Assembly: GCA_963740355.1 (NCBI GenBank)
Contig: CAVUDW010000003.1
Location: 2,272,001 to 2,336,000 of the forward strand
Direction of reading: 5' to 3'
Source of the DNA: an uncultured Gemmatimonadaceae bacterium
Lineage (GTDB): Bacteria > Gemmatimonadota > Gemmatimonadetes > Gemmatimonadales > Gemmatimonadaceae
DNA: 64,000 bases
Under the pieces are notes generated by a model, which was given only the letters and a program-made list of their open reading frames with translations, searched no databases and was not told where the DNA came from. Position numbers and translations under genes: made by a program. Positions 43,499-53,415 of this stretch are shown piece by piece (the stretch's first letter is position 1; each line of letters opens with the position of its first letter).

Positions 43499-44110
43499 TT
43501 ACGGTCGAGTCCGCGCTCCACGCACCTCGTAGCGCAGCTCCACCATGCCGTTCTTGTACGCCTTGACCTCTGCCAGATGGAGCGCGATGTCCTGGTCAAG
43601 CCGCTCGAAGAACGGGATCCCTTCACCGATCAGGACCGGCAGGATCGAGTAGCGTACCTCATCCGCCAGTCCAAGCCGGAGACACTCGGCCGCGACCACA
43701 CCGCCACCGGCGAACCAGATGTTCCGGAAGCTCGGACGTAACTGCTCATTCACCAGCTGGCTCAGGTCTCCAGCGTAGAACTCGACATTCGGCCGGCTGC
43801 GAGGAAGGTCACGAGTGGTGAGCACGAACGTCGGCTTGTCACCATACACCCATCCCAGCCCCTGCGCCTCGAAGCGCAAGGCGGTCTCGTAGGTGCGCGA
43901 TCCCATGACGTAGCAGTCGATCGACTTCAGGAACGCCTCGACGTATGCGGGCTCCATGCTGACACCATCGGCAAACTCGTCCGCCGTCTCGAGCCAGTCC
44001 ACGCGTCCATCCTTGCGGGCGATGAAGCCGTCGAGGCTTGCCGCCATGTGCAGCGTAACGCGGGAGTCGGTGGGCGGCATCGGCGACGGCACCGGACGCT
44101 CGAGCGACAT
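43499..44110 (-). CDS. Dihydrofolate reductase family (RibD C-terminal) protein
   Basis: MAASLDGFIA, MGSRTYE, GGG, PVLIGEGIPFF. Confidence 0.88.
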   Translation of the reverse strand: MSLERPVPSPMPPTDSRVTLHMAASLDGFIARKDGRVDWLETADEFADGVSMEPAYVEAFLKSIDCYVMGSRTYETALRFEAQGLGWVYGDKPTFVLTTRDLPRSRPNVEFYAGDLSQLVNEQLRPSFRNIWFAGGGVVAAECLRLGLADEVRYSILPVLIGEGIPFFERLDQDIALHLAEVKAYKNGMVELRYEVRGARTRP

Positions 44111-45798
44111 CACGGCTTCTGGGCCGGCGCGCTCGAAGCGCTGTTCAGTCGATCCAGCGTGACGCGCCCGCCAACAACAGTGAGCAGGCTGGTCGTGCCA
44201 GGCAGCGCTGGCGGCGGGACGATGAAGATGTCCTGCGACAACACCGCGATATCCGCCAGTTTCCCTGCCACCAATGACCCCTTCTCTCGCTCCGCGTGTT
44301 CTGCGTACGCGGACATCAGCGTATATGCGATCACGGCCTGCTCACGGGTCAGCGCGTTCGATGGATTCGCTGGATTGACCGTTGCCAGCAGCACGTTCAG
44401 CCCGGTATTGGCCGGGCCGTCACTACCGATGGCCAGTGGAATGCCGGCCGCCACGATGCTACGCAACGCCTCTGACCGACTCGCGCGTTCGACACCCCAA
44501 CGATCACGGAGCAGCGGCAACGCAAGATGTGTCGGATTCTGCACGACCACGATGCCGAGCTTGCGTGCGTCGTCGAACTGATCCTCCATCAGTTGGTCTC
44601 CGTGCTCGAGACGTGGACGAATCGCACGCCAGACGGAGTCCGGTGCCACCATGCGCATCGCGCTGAACACCAGCGCAATCGTGCTATCCCCAACCGCGTG
44701 CAGGATCGGTTGCTGCTTCCGGCGCACCGCCTCGCGCAGCAGTGTGACAATGCTATCGAGCGAGAAGTTGCTTCGTCCGTACCACCCCGCTCGATCTGAG
44801 TATGGTGCGCGCATCAAGGCCAGTCGCTCGACCGGTGTCCCGTCGAGAACCCATTTCGCTCCCGAGACACGTGTCAGCCCAGCGCTCGCTCGAGCTGCGT
44901 TCCACATCTCAGCGCGGCTGCCGACTCGCGTCATTTCAAACGGAATGACGCGATGCCGCACGTGAAACACGCCAGCGCGCGAGACCGAAGCGAGAAGCGC
45001 TGGCGTGAGACCCGTGGTCATGTCCTGCACCGAGGTGATCCCGAACGCCGCCAATTCCGCATTCTGTGCCGTGAACGCCGCCACCGTCGGCGCACTGCCG
45101 TTTTCCACCGTCAGTCGCTGCAGCAGCGTGAAGTGGAGATACTCATCGATGCGGCCCGTGACGCGTCCGCTCGCGGTGCGTTCGAACCAACCGCCGACGG
45201 GGTCGTGCAACGTGTCGAGCCGTGCAGCCTTGATCGCTGCTGAATTCAGGATCGCGCCATGCCCGGACCAACCCTGCAGGTACACATTGTGACGCGGAGC
45301 CACGCGGTCAAGCGCAGCGCGACGGGCCATGGAATCGCCAAGAATCGTCTCGGCGACCTGCGTGGTGATCCAGGTGCCCGATGGCGTGCGACCAGTGATT
45401 GCCGCGATGGAATCGAGCAGCACGCTGAGCGCGGGATCGGGCGTCGGACTCTCGCCGGTAGCGAAGCTGATTGCCTTGATGCCAGCGCCAAGGTGTGTGT
45501 GGGCATCGTTGAACCCTGGCACGACCAGCTTCCCGTTCAGCGCGATGTGGCGCGTACGTGCAGTCCGTAGCCGCTCGACCTCCGCGTCACTGCCGACAGC
45601 GAGGATCCTGTCGCCTCGTAACGCGATCGCAGTCGCCCACGGGCGCGTTGAGTCGGCAGTGAATATTCGGCCACCGCTCAGGATCATGTCGGCACCGGCG
45701 CGATCACGAATCACTTGCGCACGCGTCGCGGATGCTGAAAACAGGGCAACGGTGACCAGAAAGCCAGCGCAAATGGCGCGACTCGACGCAGACGACAT
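44110..45798 (-). CDS. Amidohydrolase 3 (YtcJ-like)
   Basis: PGFNDAHTH, KWVLDG, HAVGD, RLEH, GSDGP, GKLADIAVL. Confidence 0.9.
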   Translation of the reverse strand: MSSASSRAICAGFLVTVALFSASATRAQVIRDRAGADMILSGGRIFTADSTRPWATAIALRGDRILAVGSDAEVERLRTARTRHIALNGKLVVPGFNDAHTHLGAGIKAISFATGESPTPDPALSVLLDSIAAITGRTPSGTWITTQVAETILGDSMARRAALDRVAPRHNVYLQGWSGHGAILNSAAIKAARLDTLHDPVGGWFERTASGRVTGRIDEYLHFTLLQRLTVENGSAPTVAAFTAQNAELAAFGITSVQDMTTGLTPALLASVSRAGVFHVRHRVIPFEMTRVGSRAEMWNAARASAGLTRVSGAKWVLDGTPVERLALMRAPYSDRAGWYGRSNFSLDSIVTLLREAVRRKQQPILHAVGDSTIALVFSAMRMVAPDSVWRAIRPRLEHGDQLMEDQFDDARKLGIVVVQNPTHLALPLLRDRWGVERASRSEALRSIVAAGIPLAIGSDGPANTGLNVLLATVNPANPSNALTREQAVIAYTLMSAYAEHAEREKGSLVAGKLADIAVLSQDIFIVPPPALPGTTSLLTVVGGRVTLDRLNSASSAPAQKP

Positions 45799-45878
45799 GG
45801 CAAGAGCTCCGTGTTATGGCGATCGAAAGCCAATGAACGACAACAGTCTACGCGCTGTGGCGAGGCCACCCGCCCTGA

Positions 45879-46265
45879 TCATTCGCCGTCCGGCGGTTGC
45901 CAGAGCTCGACCTTGTTGCCTTCGGGATCGATCACCCACGCGAACTTTCCGTACTCCGAGTCGTCAACCTTGTCGAGCACATTGCAGCCTTCCTCGCGCA
46001 AGGCCTGCACGAGGCCGAGCAGATCGGCGACTCGGTAGTTGACCATGAATGGCGCACTACTTGGCGCGAACTGATCGCCCCCCTCCGGAAAGATCGACCA
46101 CGCCGTCGTACCGGCGACCGGCTTCCCATCGCCATCGGTCCATGGAAACGCTGCCCCACCCCACGGCTGCACGTCCACGCCGAGGTGGCGCTTGTACCAC
46201 GCTTGAAGCGCCGGCGCGTCCTTCGCCGTGAAAAAAATGCCGCCGATGCCGGTCACACGCTTCAT
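45879..46265 (-). CDS. VOC family protein
   Basis: MKRVTGIGGIFF, YGKFAWVIDPEGNKVELWQP. Confidence 0.9.
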   Translation of the reverse strand: MKRVTGIGGIFFTAKDAPALQAWYKRHLGVDVQPWGGAAFPWTDGDGKPVAGTTAWSIFPEGGDQFAPSSAPFMVNYRVADLLGLVQALREEGCNVLDKVDDSEYGKFAWVIDPEGNKVELWQPPDGE

Positions 46266-46360
46266 GGGTCCTTCGCAGTTGGGGGGGGCAGGCTTCTGGA
46301 TCGAATGCACCATCGGTCGTACACAACCTGTCATCCGCGAGCGCCGTCATCGCCTCGCCA

Positions 46361-46729
46361 TCAACCTGGCGGCCCGACCGCCAGCGTCGGCCCCATGACG
46401 AAGATGGTGTTGTCGAATGGATCCTGCAGGCCGAATGTTCGCGCGCCCCACGGCTCGTCCCGTGGCGCCTGCGACACCGTCACGCGAGAAGACCACTCGT
46501 CGTAGTATGCGTCGGCGCTATCAACCTCCAGTGAAACGCACGCCTGGCGGCCATGTCCGTTCATCGGGCAGTCGAGCGTGATCGCAATCCCGCCACGCAC
46601 GACGCCGAGCAGCCCCGTTCGACCGTCATCGCTCGCCTCGAAGCTGACGGAGAAACCAAGCTTCTCGACGTAGAAGTGTCGTGCGACTCGCAGGTCGTCG
46701 ACCGGCAAGACAGGCACTGCGCGTTCCAT
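46361..46729 (-). CDS. Glyoxalase/bleomycin-resistance family protein
   Basis: VPVLPV, FYVEKLGF, PWGARTF...DPF.N. Confidence 0.85.
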   Translation of the reverse strand: MERAVPVLPVDDLRVARHFYVEKLGFSVSFEASDDGRTGLLGVVRGGIAITLDCPMNGHGRQACVSLEVDSADAYYDEWSSRVTVSQAPRDEPWGARTFGLQDPFDNTIFVMGPTLAVGPPG

Positions 46730-46837
46730 GACGACCTCACAGGCAGTGGCGTGGCGCGGCGACTTCAGGGCATGTTGGTGGATTCCGCCATCACACTGTG
46801 GCCCGTGACGGATGCTGGCAAGGTCGGCCCCGCTGGC

Positions 46838-47257
46838 TCACGGAGACTTCCGGAAAAGCCGCACCATCGACTCGGCGTCGATCGCACGCATCTCGACCAG
46901 CTTGAGCGATTTGACCATTTCGGCCGTGGTCGTCTTGTAGCGAAGGAAGTGCGGAGTGAGCAAATGCGCCTCATAGGCGGCGCGGCTGGCGTAGATCTCG
47001 AGAATGCGCACGTGGGTGGGATGCTCTTTCTCGATCATCGGGAAAATGGCAATCACGCCCGGTTCCAGCCGAACGGACGCTTCCGCCTCTTCCTTGAGAA
47101 TGGCCTGATACGCGTCAAGGTCGCCTGGCCCGACCTCGATCTCCGCGACGCGAACCATCGCCATCGCCTCACCGCGCTGCTCGCTTGTGGCTGCCGGATC
47201 GATGAAAAGCATTGCCATCGCGACGACTCCCACCGACGTTCGAAATTGATGCCGCAT
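46838..47257 (-). CDS. Antibiotic-biosynthesis-monooxygenase (ABM) domain protein
   Basis: SVRLEPG, ILEIY...AYEAHL.TPHF. Confidence 0.82.
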   Translation of the reverse strand: MRHQFRTSVGVVAMAMLFIDPAATSEQRGEAMAMVRVAEIEVGPGDLDAYQAILKEEAEASVRLEPGVIAIFPMIEKEHPTHVRILEIYASRAAYEAHLLTPHFLRYKTTTAEMVKSLKLVEMRAIDAESMVRLFRKSP

Positions 47258-47349
47258 TGATGTTCCGTATCGGTGCAAGGTGCGCGATGCCAGCTCTTCA
47301 TGGAAATAGAGCCGACGGCACCGACTATCGCATCACCCACCGACCGCGA

Positions 47350-48501
47350 CTACGGCGCAAATGTCCAGGCCGTCGCCTGCGGGCCACGATCATCGCCGTA
47401 GCCACCGGTGATCAGGACTTCGCCAGTCCGGAGCAGCGTGGAGGCAGAGAACTGTCCGCTCAGGCGACCACCGCCGTCGACGGACGCGAACGCGTCGCGG
47501 CGCGGGTCGAACAACTCCGCGTCGCGTGCACCACCGGCCATCAGCACCATGCCAGACGGCAGCAGGATCGAACTCCCGTTGTGTTTGTAGCGACCATGAG
47601 TGAGTGCGGGCCCGGCGCGGAAGCTGCCCGTCAACGGATCGAACAGCTCAGTCGAGCGATACACGCCGGCATCGTCGCGCTCGTCGGAGCCACCGGATAC
47701 CAGCACCCGTCCGTCGCGTAGAAGCACTGCATCGTGTTTGTGACGGCGCACATGCATGTCGCCCGTCCGCTGAAAGGTGCCTGTGGTCGGATCATACAGT
47801 TCCGCGGAGGCGTAGAGCGTGATGGACGCTCGTCGACCTTGATGCCCACCAACGATCAGCACTCGTCCGTCGCTCAATCGCACCGCAGCATGGCTCTCGC
47901 GCGCGACCGTCATTGGTCCAGTGGCGGTAAAGCGACCGGTCGCCGGGTCATAGCGTTCGGCACTCGACAAGAACTGCCAGTCCGGCCCCACGCCGCCCGC
48001 AATCAGCACGGTGCCATCCCGCAACGCGATCGCGATGTGCCCAGCGCGCGGCGCCAGCAGCGATCCAGTCGGCGTGAACGTGTTGCGCGTCGGGTCGAAG
48101 ATTTCGGCGGAGGTCACGGTGCGTCCGCCCTCCGCATACCCACCGACAATCAACACCGTGCCATTCTGGAGCAGCGTCGCCGTATGACTGTGGCGCAGCG
48201 TGGTGAGCCGCGGCAGCGCTGTAAATCGCTCGCTGCGGCGATCATAGGCTTCAGCACTGTGCGCCGCATTCTGCTCCGCCGTGAAGCCGCCCACCACCAG
48301 CACGCGACCGTCCAGCAGCGTCGTGGCCGTATGCGCCATCCTCGCCACATGCATCGACGCCGTCGGCTGGACGCGCGGCCCCCCCGTCTCACTGAATCCG
48401 CGCTCCGCCGCGGCACCAGTGTCCCAACGAATGCCGGCCGCGCCAATCAGTGTGAACGCAAGCAGGCAGAACACGCGTCGTGCTCCGTAGACTGGAACCA
48501 T
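47350..48501 (-). CDS. Kelch/galactose-oxidase-type beta-propeller protein
   Basis: About six repeats of R..H.A..L.DGRVL..GG.....SAE.YDP; signal peptide. Confidence 0.88.
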   Translation of the reverse strand: MVPVYGARRVFCLLAFTLIGAAGIRWDTGAAAERGFSETGGPRVQPTASMHVARMAHTATTLLDGRVLVVGGFTAEQNAAHSAEAYDRRSERFTALPRLTTLRHSHTATLLQNGTVLIVGGYAEGGRTVTSAEIFDPTRNTFTPTGSLLAPRAGHIAIALRDGTVLIAGGVGPDWQFLSSAERYDPATGRFTATGPMTVARESHAAVRLSDGRVLIVGGHQGRRASITLYASAELYDPTTGTFQRTGDMHVRRHKHDAVLLRDGRVLVSGGSDERDDAGVYRSTELFDPLTGSFRAGPALTHGRYKHNGSSILLPSGMVLMAGGARDAELFDPRRDAFASVDGGGRLSGQFSASTLLRTGEVLITGGYGDDRGPQATAWTFAP

Positions 48502-48580
48502 GCCCTCACTCCCGGAAGTCGGTGCGTCACCTCTCGACGATCGACTATGAGTTCCCGCAGCGCGCACGCGGGTTTACCCG

Positions 48581-48694
48581 AATCCGGTGACAGTGCACTC
48601 AATAGCCGCGAAAACTGGTGACAGCGAAATCCGGTGACAGTGCACTCAATTCTTTGAATTGAGTGCACTGTCACCGGATTTCCGCTGTCACCGG
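48581..48694. repeat. REP-like palindromic repeat cluster 1
   Basis: Unit AATCCGGTGACAGTGCACTCA at 48581 and 48628, inverted at 48660-48680; perfect 27-bp hairpin 48626-48652 / 48656-48682; partial copies nearby. Confidence 0.9.
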
Positions 48695-49365
48695 AAGTCG
48701 CTCCCCTCCGCATCGCCCGAGCTCCCTCGCACCGAAGCTCGCCGCCGGAACTCCCGGCTCACGAGCGCGCAGACGACCGGCAGGATCAGCGCATAGCCCA
48801 CGATGCCAACACGCTGGAGCGGCATCTTTCCAAGCGCAGGACCGACCAGGCCAACCAGACACAGCACACCCGCAATCGCAAACCCAGCGCGTATCGCTCG
48901 GAGTCGAGGCAGGTCCTCGATAGCCATTGAGGTGCAGACGAGCGCGATTCCGAGCAGTGCATCCCACGCGGCAAGTTCCGCGGCGTAGAGCACCGACGGC
49001 CAGACCATCGTCGGCATGCCGAGCTGACGGCCCGCCGTGAGTGCGATCACGTGCACGAGCGTGGTAGTGCCTGCGAACAGCCCCGTGAACGTCAGCGCCA
49101 ACTGACCATAGACACGCCGCTCCCGCCGCGCGTCACTGGCGATCGCCGCGACCATCAGGGTGATCGCAACGGCTGAAAGGACTGTGATGACTTCCATCAG
49201 CGCGAGGATTGGATCACCGATTGGCGCCTCGAGCCCGAACTCGGCAACGCCAGCACCGAGCACCACCAGGTAGAGCGCACCAAGGGCGACGACCGTGTTC
49301 GCCGACCAACGTCCCAGCACTGCGATCTCCACGTTTACACCAAAGCAATTGACGCATGACGGCAC
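48688..49365 (-). CDS. Hypothetical 6-TM membrane protein
   Basis: Six hydrophobic helices; stop codon lies in a partial repeat unit; start uncertain. Confidence 0.7.
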   Translation of the reverse strand: MPSCVNCFGVNVEIAVLGRWSANTVVALGALYLVVLGAGVAEFGLEAPIGDPILALMEVITVLSAVAITLMVAAIASDARRERRVYGQLALTFTGLFAGTTTLVHVIALTAGRQLGMPTMVWPSVLYAAELAAWDALLGIALVCTSMAIEDLPRLRAIRAGFAIAGVLCLVGLVGPALGKMPLQRVGIVGYALILPVVCALVSREFRRRASVRGSSGDAEGSDFR

Positions 49366-49479
49366 TGCGTTCTGCAGGACCAGAACTGCACATGGGGAAC
49401 GTACGCCGACGCGCCGACCAGCACTCGCGCAGTCGCCAGCACCATCGCGGACACGCCACGCCGGGGTCGAAACTCCCTT

Positions 49480-49508
49480 TTGACAAGAAACGTTGTCAAG
49501 CCTAGAAT
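49480..49508 (+). promoter_or_regulatory. Sigma70-type promoter with overlapping palindromic operator
   Basis: TTGACA (49480) - 17 nt - TAGAAT (49503); TTGACAA-N6-TTGTCAA inverted repeat 49480-49499. Confidence 0.75.
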
Positions 49509-49514
49509 CTCCTC

Positions 49515-49685
49515 ATGCTCGCGCTCGGTTCCTTCAATATGGGCGGCGACAACAGCATGGCTGCGTTGAGCTTCTTCCACTACGGCGACCACGCCGCCGA
49601 AACCGCCGCCCGCGAGACGCCGATCTGGCAGGCGTGGATCGACGACCACTTCCCGATGCCGACGGAACCCAGTCCGAGCGCGTGA
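49515..49685 (+). pseudogene. 56-aa remnant resembling the C-terminal tail of SRPBCC-domain proteins
   Basis: MLALGSFNMGGDNSMAALSFFHYGDHAAETAARETPIWQAWIDDHFP; resemblance recalled, not searched. Confidence 0.45.
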
Positions 49686-49803
49686 ACTGGTGGCCACGGC
49701 AACGCGGTCGTGTCAACGCGACCGCGCTCCCGGGCTCCCGGTATTAGTCTGCTGAAAGGCGCCGCAAAGCCTTCCCTCACGTTTGTGACTCGCGAGTTTG
49801 CCG

Positions 49804-52245
49804 ATGCCGCTCGACCTTCGGTACGTCCTCCGTTCGCTGGCGCGCGCCAAGGTGTTCACGATCGCCGTCGTGCTCACACTGGGTCTCGGCATCGGCGCCA
49901 ACACCGCCATCTTCTCGGCGGTTCGAGGGGTCTTCCTCCGCCCGCTGCCGCACGCCGATGGCGATCGACTCATGTACCTGCGCCACCACACGGTGAATCA
50001 GGGACAGTCGAACGTCGCGTTCTCGGTGCCGGAGATCAACGACTTCCGCACGCAGTCGCGCACGATGCAGCAGATCGCGGAATACTCGCCGCTGACGCTG
50101 TCACTGATCGAGAAGACGGATGCCTCGCAGATCGACGTCGGACTCGTGACGGGCAACTACCTGAGCGTGATGGGCCTCAAGCCGATCTTGGGCCGCGGCT
50201 TCACAACGGGTGATGACGGTGCCGGGGCGGCGCCAGTCATTCTGCTCAGTAACGCATTCTGGCTGACGCATTTCAACGGCGATCCGAGCATCGTCGGAAA
50301 GACCATGCAGATCAGCAAGCGCGCCGTCGAGGTGATCGGCGTGCTCGAGCCGGCGCCGTTCTTTCCTGGCCGAATCGATGCGCTGATGAACATGTCGATC
50401 AGCGAACATCACGTCAGCGCAATGATGGTGCAGGGCCGGTCGCACCGGATGACGGAGATGATCGCGCGACTGACGCCCGGTGCGACGGTGGATCAGGCAC
50501 GCCAGGAGATCGGCATCATCACCCAGCGCAGGAACGCCCAGTATCCGGAATCGTACGAAAAGGCTGCGCAATACACGGTGGAACTGACGCCGTTCAAGGA
50601 AATCCTCGGGCGTGATGCGCGGCTCATGTTGTGGATGCTGATGGGTGTGGCGTCGCTCGTGCTGGTCATTGCCTGTGCCAATGTGGCGAACCTGACGCTG
50701 ATGCGCGGCGTGCGTCGCGAGCACGAGATGACCGTGCGCGCCGCCCTCGGCGCCGGCGCGTCGCGACTCCGTCGGTTGTTGATCGTCGAAAACCTGGTGC
50801 TCGCGGCTGGTGGAGCATTGCTTGGGCTGTTCGTCGCGTTCGCCGGTGTCGGCACGTTGTCATCCTTCGTCGCGCGGTTCTCGCCGCGCGCGAACGAAAT
50901 TCACGTCGACTGGATGGTGCTGGCGTTCACCGCGCTGCTTGCCGTGCTGATCGCGTTCCTGTTGTCCTTCGTCCCGCGCGTTGGCGCCGAGCACACACTC
51001 GGCGCGGGCCTTGCTGCCGGCAGCGTCAAGACCAGTGGCAGCGGTCGTCGCAAGCGACTGCAGCAGGCGCTCGTGATCACGCAAGTGGCGGTGTCGATGG
51101 TGCTGCTGTCCGGCGCGGGATTGCTGGTGCGCTCCATGCAGCGCCTCGCGGCGGTCGATCCGGGGCTCAACCCCAAGAACGTGCTGACGATGGAAGTACC
51201 GCCCGACTTCACGTCGGCCGACATCGGGCGCGCCGGCCAGCGGATGGAGGAGATGCAACGTGCACTGACGGCGCTGCCTGGTGTCGAGGTGGTGGGAATC
51301 GGGTCGACGGTGCCATTGCGCTCGAGCCAGATCCAGCTCGAGATCAAGGCCGAGTCGCGCACCATCGACAACGGTGCGACGCCGTCTGCGGAATATCGTA
51401 CGGCCGATCCTGGATACTTTCGCGCGGCGGGCATTCCGTTGCTCGCCGGTCGCGAATTCACGCCCGGTGATGCGGCGAAGTCCGGCAAGGTCGTGATCCT
51501 CAACAAGACACTCGCCGATCGACTCTTCGCGGATGTCGATCCGATCGGGCGTCGCGTGGCATGGACCGGTGAAGTACTGAGCTTCATCGGCATCCCGGAG
51601 AACGATTGGCGCACCGTGGTTGGTGTGATGCGCGACACGAAGGACGGCGGCCTCGATGCGAAGCCACTACCCGTCGCGTTCCTGCCGGTGGCGCAAGCCG
51701 ACTTCCCGCCCGGAGGACTCGTCATTCGCAGCACCGTCGATCCCACCGGGCTGACCAACGCAGCGCGCGCGATCGTGCGGTCGATCGCCCCGGATCAACC
51801 GATCAAGAACGTGTTGTCGCTTGAGGCCGTGCGCGACGAAAGCGTCGGCCCGAGACGGCTCAACGCATTGCTGCTGGGCGGATTCGCGCTCCTTGCCCTC
51901 GTCATCGCCGCAATCGGGATCGCCGCCGTCCTCGCGTTCAACGTGAGCGCGCGCACCAACGAGATCGGCATCCGGATGGCGCTTGGTGCGGCACCTGGGA
52001 TGGTGACGACGATGATCTTGAAGGAAGGCTTCCTGTTGGTGGGGCTCGGCCTGCTGGTCGGCGTTGCGAGTTCGCTCGCGTTGTCACGCACCATCGACAG
52101 CTTCCTGTTCGGCGTCGCCTCGCGCGATCCCGCCACGCTACTCATCGTCGCGTTGACGATGACCACGATCGGCTTGGTCGCCTGCTGGATGCCAGCGCGG
52201 CGGGCGAGCCGGATCGATCCGAGCGAGGCGTTGCGCGCGAGCTGA
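49804..52245 (+). CDS. Duplicated MacB/FtsX ABC permease (ADOP-type)
   Basis: LTLGLGIGANTAIFS, LVIACANVANL, RAALGA, EIGIRMALGA, PARRASRIDP. Confidence 0.93.
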   Translation: MPLDLRYVLRSLARAKVFTIAVVLTLGLGIGANTAIFSAVRGVFLRPLPHADGDRLMYLRHHTVNQGQSNVAFSVPEINDFRTQSRTMQQIAEYSPLTLSLIEKTDASQIDVGLVTGNYLSVMGLKPILGRGFTTGDDGAGAAPVILLSNAFWLTHFNGDPSIVGKTMQISKRAVEVIGVLEPAPFFPGRIDALMNMSISEHHVSAMMVQGRSHRMTEMIARLTPGATVDQARQEIGIITQRRNAQYPESYEKAAQYTVELTPFKEILGRDARLMLWMLMGVASLVLVIACANVANLTLMRGVRREHEMTVRAALGAGASRLRRLLIVENLVLAAGGALLGLFVAFAGVGTLSSFVARFSPRANEIHVDWMVLAFTALLAVLIAFLLSFVPRVGAEHTLGAGLAAGSVKTSGSGRRKRLQQALVITQVAVSMVLLSGAGLLVRSMQRLAAVDPGLNPKNVLTMEVPPDFTSADIGRAGQRMEEMQRALTALPGVEVVGIGSTVPLRSSQIQLEIKAESRTIDNGATPSAEYRTADPGYFRAAGIPLLAGREFTPGDAAKSGKVVILNKTLADRLFADVDPIGRRVAWTGEVLSFIGIPENDWRTVVGVMRDTKDGGLDAKPLPVAFLPVAQADFPPGGLVIRSTVDPTGLTNAARAIVRSIAPDQPIKNVLSLEAVRDESVGPRRLNALLLGGFALLALVIAAIGIAAVLAFNVSARTNEIGIRMALGAAPGMVTTMILKEGFLLVGLGLLVGVASSLALSRTIDSFLFGVASRDPATLLIVALTMTTIGLVACWMPARRASRIDPSEALRAS

Positions 52246-52266
52246 CGGCGGCGGTAGCAGTTCTAC

Positions 52267-52364
52267 AATCCGGCGACAACAAATCCGGTGACAGTGCACT
52301 CAATTCGAAATCCGGTGACAGTGCACTCATTTTCAGCTAATGAGTGCACTGTCACCGGATTTCG
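52267..52364. repeat. REP-like palindromic repeat cluster 2
   Basis: Same 21-bp unit at 52282 and 52309, inverted at 52341-52361; perfect 26-bp hairpin 52306-52331 / 52339-52364; between convergent genes. Confidence 0.9.
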
Positions 52365-52366
52365 TC

Positions 52367-52798
52367 TCACGCTACGCCCGTCTGCGCGATCGCATCCCGT
52401 ATCGCCGCCTTGAGCACATCGACATCGATGTCGCTCAGCGTCTTGAACTTGATGCAGTACCCCGTCACGCTCGCCTTGCCGAGTGTCTTGCCGTATGTGT
52501 CCGCCAGGTACTTCTTGTCCTTGAGACCCATGATGTACACGGAGACCCCGGTGGTATTGCCGCTGATACCAACCTGATAGAACTCCCGGCTGCTGCCATC
52601 GGCGTAGGTCATCATGAGATGTCCATAGCCGATGTTTGGATTGGCGACAGTGCGACCCTCGTCGTTCTTGCCGTCCAGAAACCACAATCGACAGCCTGGC
52701 ATCAATGCCTGGATGATGTCATGCAAGGCCTGAATGTCGCTACGCTTGCGTGCCGGCTGCGCGGCGATGTGGTCTGCGATCTGCTTCTTGACGTTCAT
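52367..52798 (-). CDS. DUF1801 protein
   Basis: LWFLDG, NPNIGYG, GKASVTGYCIKFK. Confidence 0.85.
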   Translation of the reverse strand: MNVKKQIADHIAAQPARKRSDIQALHDIIQALMPGCRLWFLDGKNDEGRTVANPNIGYGHLMMTYADGSSREFYQVGISGNTTGVSVYIMGLKDKKYLADTYGKTLGKASVTGYCIKFKTLSDIDVDVLKAAIRDAIAQTGVA

Positions 52799-52858
52799 GC
52801 CGCGCTCCAGTTGAAGTGGCGCATTTTCGCCGCGGCGAGATTCATGCACCCGCGAGGT

Positions 52859-53398
52859 TCAGCTCGTCTGCGGACTGGGTGGCACCGCCGCATGCAGAAA
52901 TCGGACGAACCCAATCTCGGCCGCATTTTTTGCGAGTTCGACATTCAACCACGCAACCACGTCGCCAAAGGGGCGATTCGTAAATGGCCATCGAGTCTGT
53001 GCGGCAGACGCCAAGTCCGCGTCCGTGAGCGTTTCGAGGTGATGCCGCCATCGCTCGTGGAGTTCGCCGATTCGCTGAGTGACCGCTTCAGCGCTGCCTG
53101 GCCACGGTATGTCATGACGGGTGAGCGTGCTCGGACCGTTGTTGTGCTCCACCACCATCGTCCACCAAAAACAGACATGCCAGGTGAGCCACGCAATGCT
53201 CGATGGGCCAAGTGAATAGCCTTCATGCTCCGGCCAGTCCGCCATCCACGTGCCGTCGGCGAGCTGATGGACATGCAATCCGCGCTCGGCGGGACGCCGG
53301 AGGCACTCAGCAGTGGACAAGCCGTCGAGATGATGCGCTAACAGTTTCCACGCCAGGTCAAACTGGCGAAGCAGATAGCCGCGCGCGTCCTCACTCAT
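52859..53398 (-). CDS. DinB family protein
   Basis: SIAWLTWH..FWW, WLNVELAKNAAEIG. Confidence 0.8.
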   Translation of the reverse strand: MSEDARGYLLRQFDLAWKLLAHHLDGLSTAECLRRPAERGLHVHQLADGTWMADWPEHEGYSLGPSSIAWLTWHVCFWWTMVVEHNNGPSTLTRHDIPWPGSAEAVTQRIGELHERWRHHLETLTDADLASAAQTRWPFTNRPFGDVVAWLNVELAKNAAEIGFVRFLHAAVPPSPQTS

Positions 53399-53415
53399 CG
53401 GCGCGGCGTGCGAGC

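Noticed and set aside
124..47721. Many long overlapping antisense or alternate-frame ORFs (e.g. 1122-2789, 5500-6987, 32509-33801)
   Set aside because: Shadow ORFs expected in high-GC DNA; they overlap motif-bearing genes and have R/A/P-rich composition.
48581..52364. 21-bp repeats as mini-CRISPR or IS terminal repeats
   Set aside because: Units are irregularly and closely spaced and partly inverted; no transposase between the clusters.
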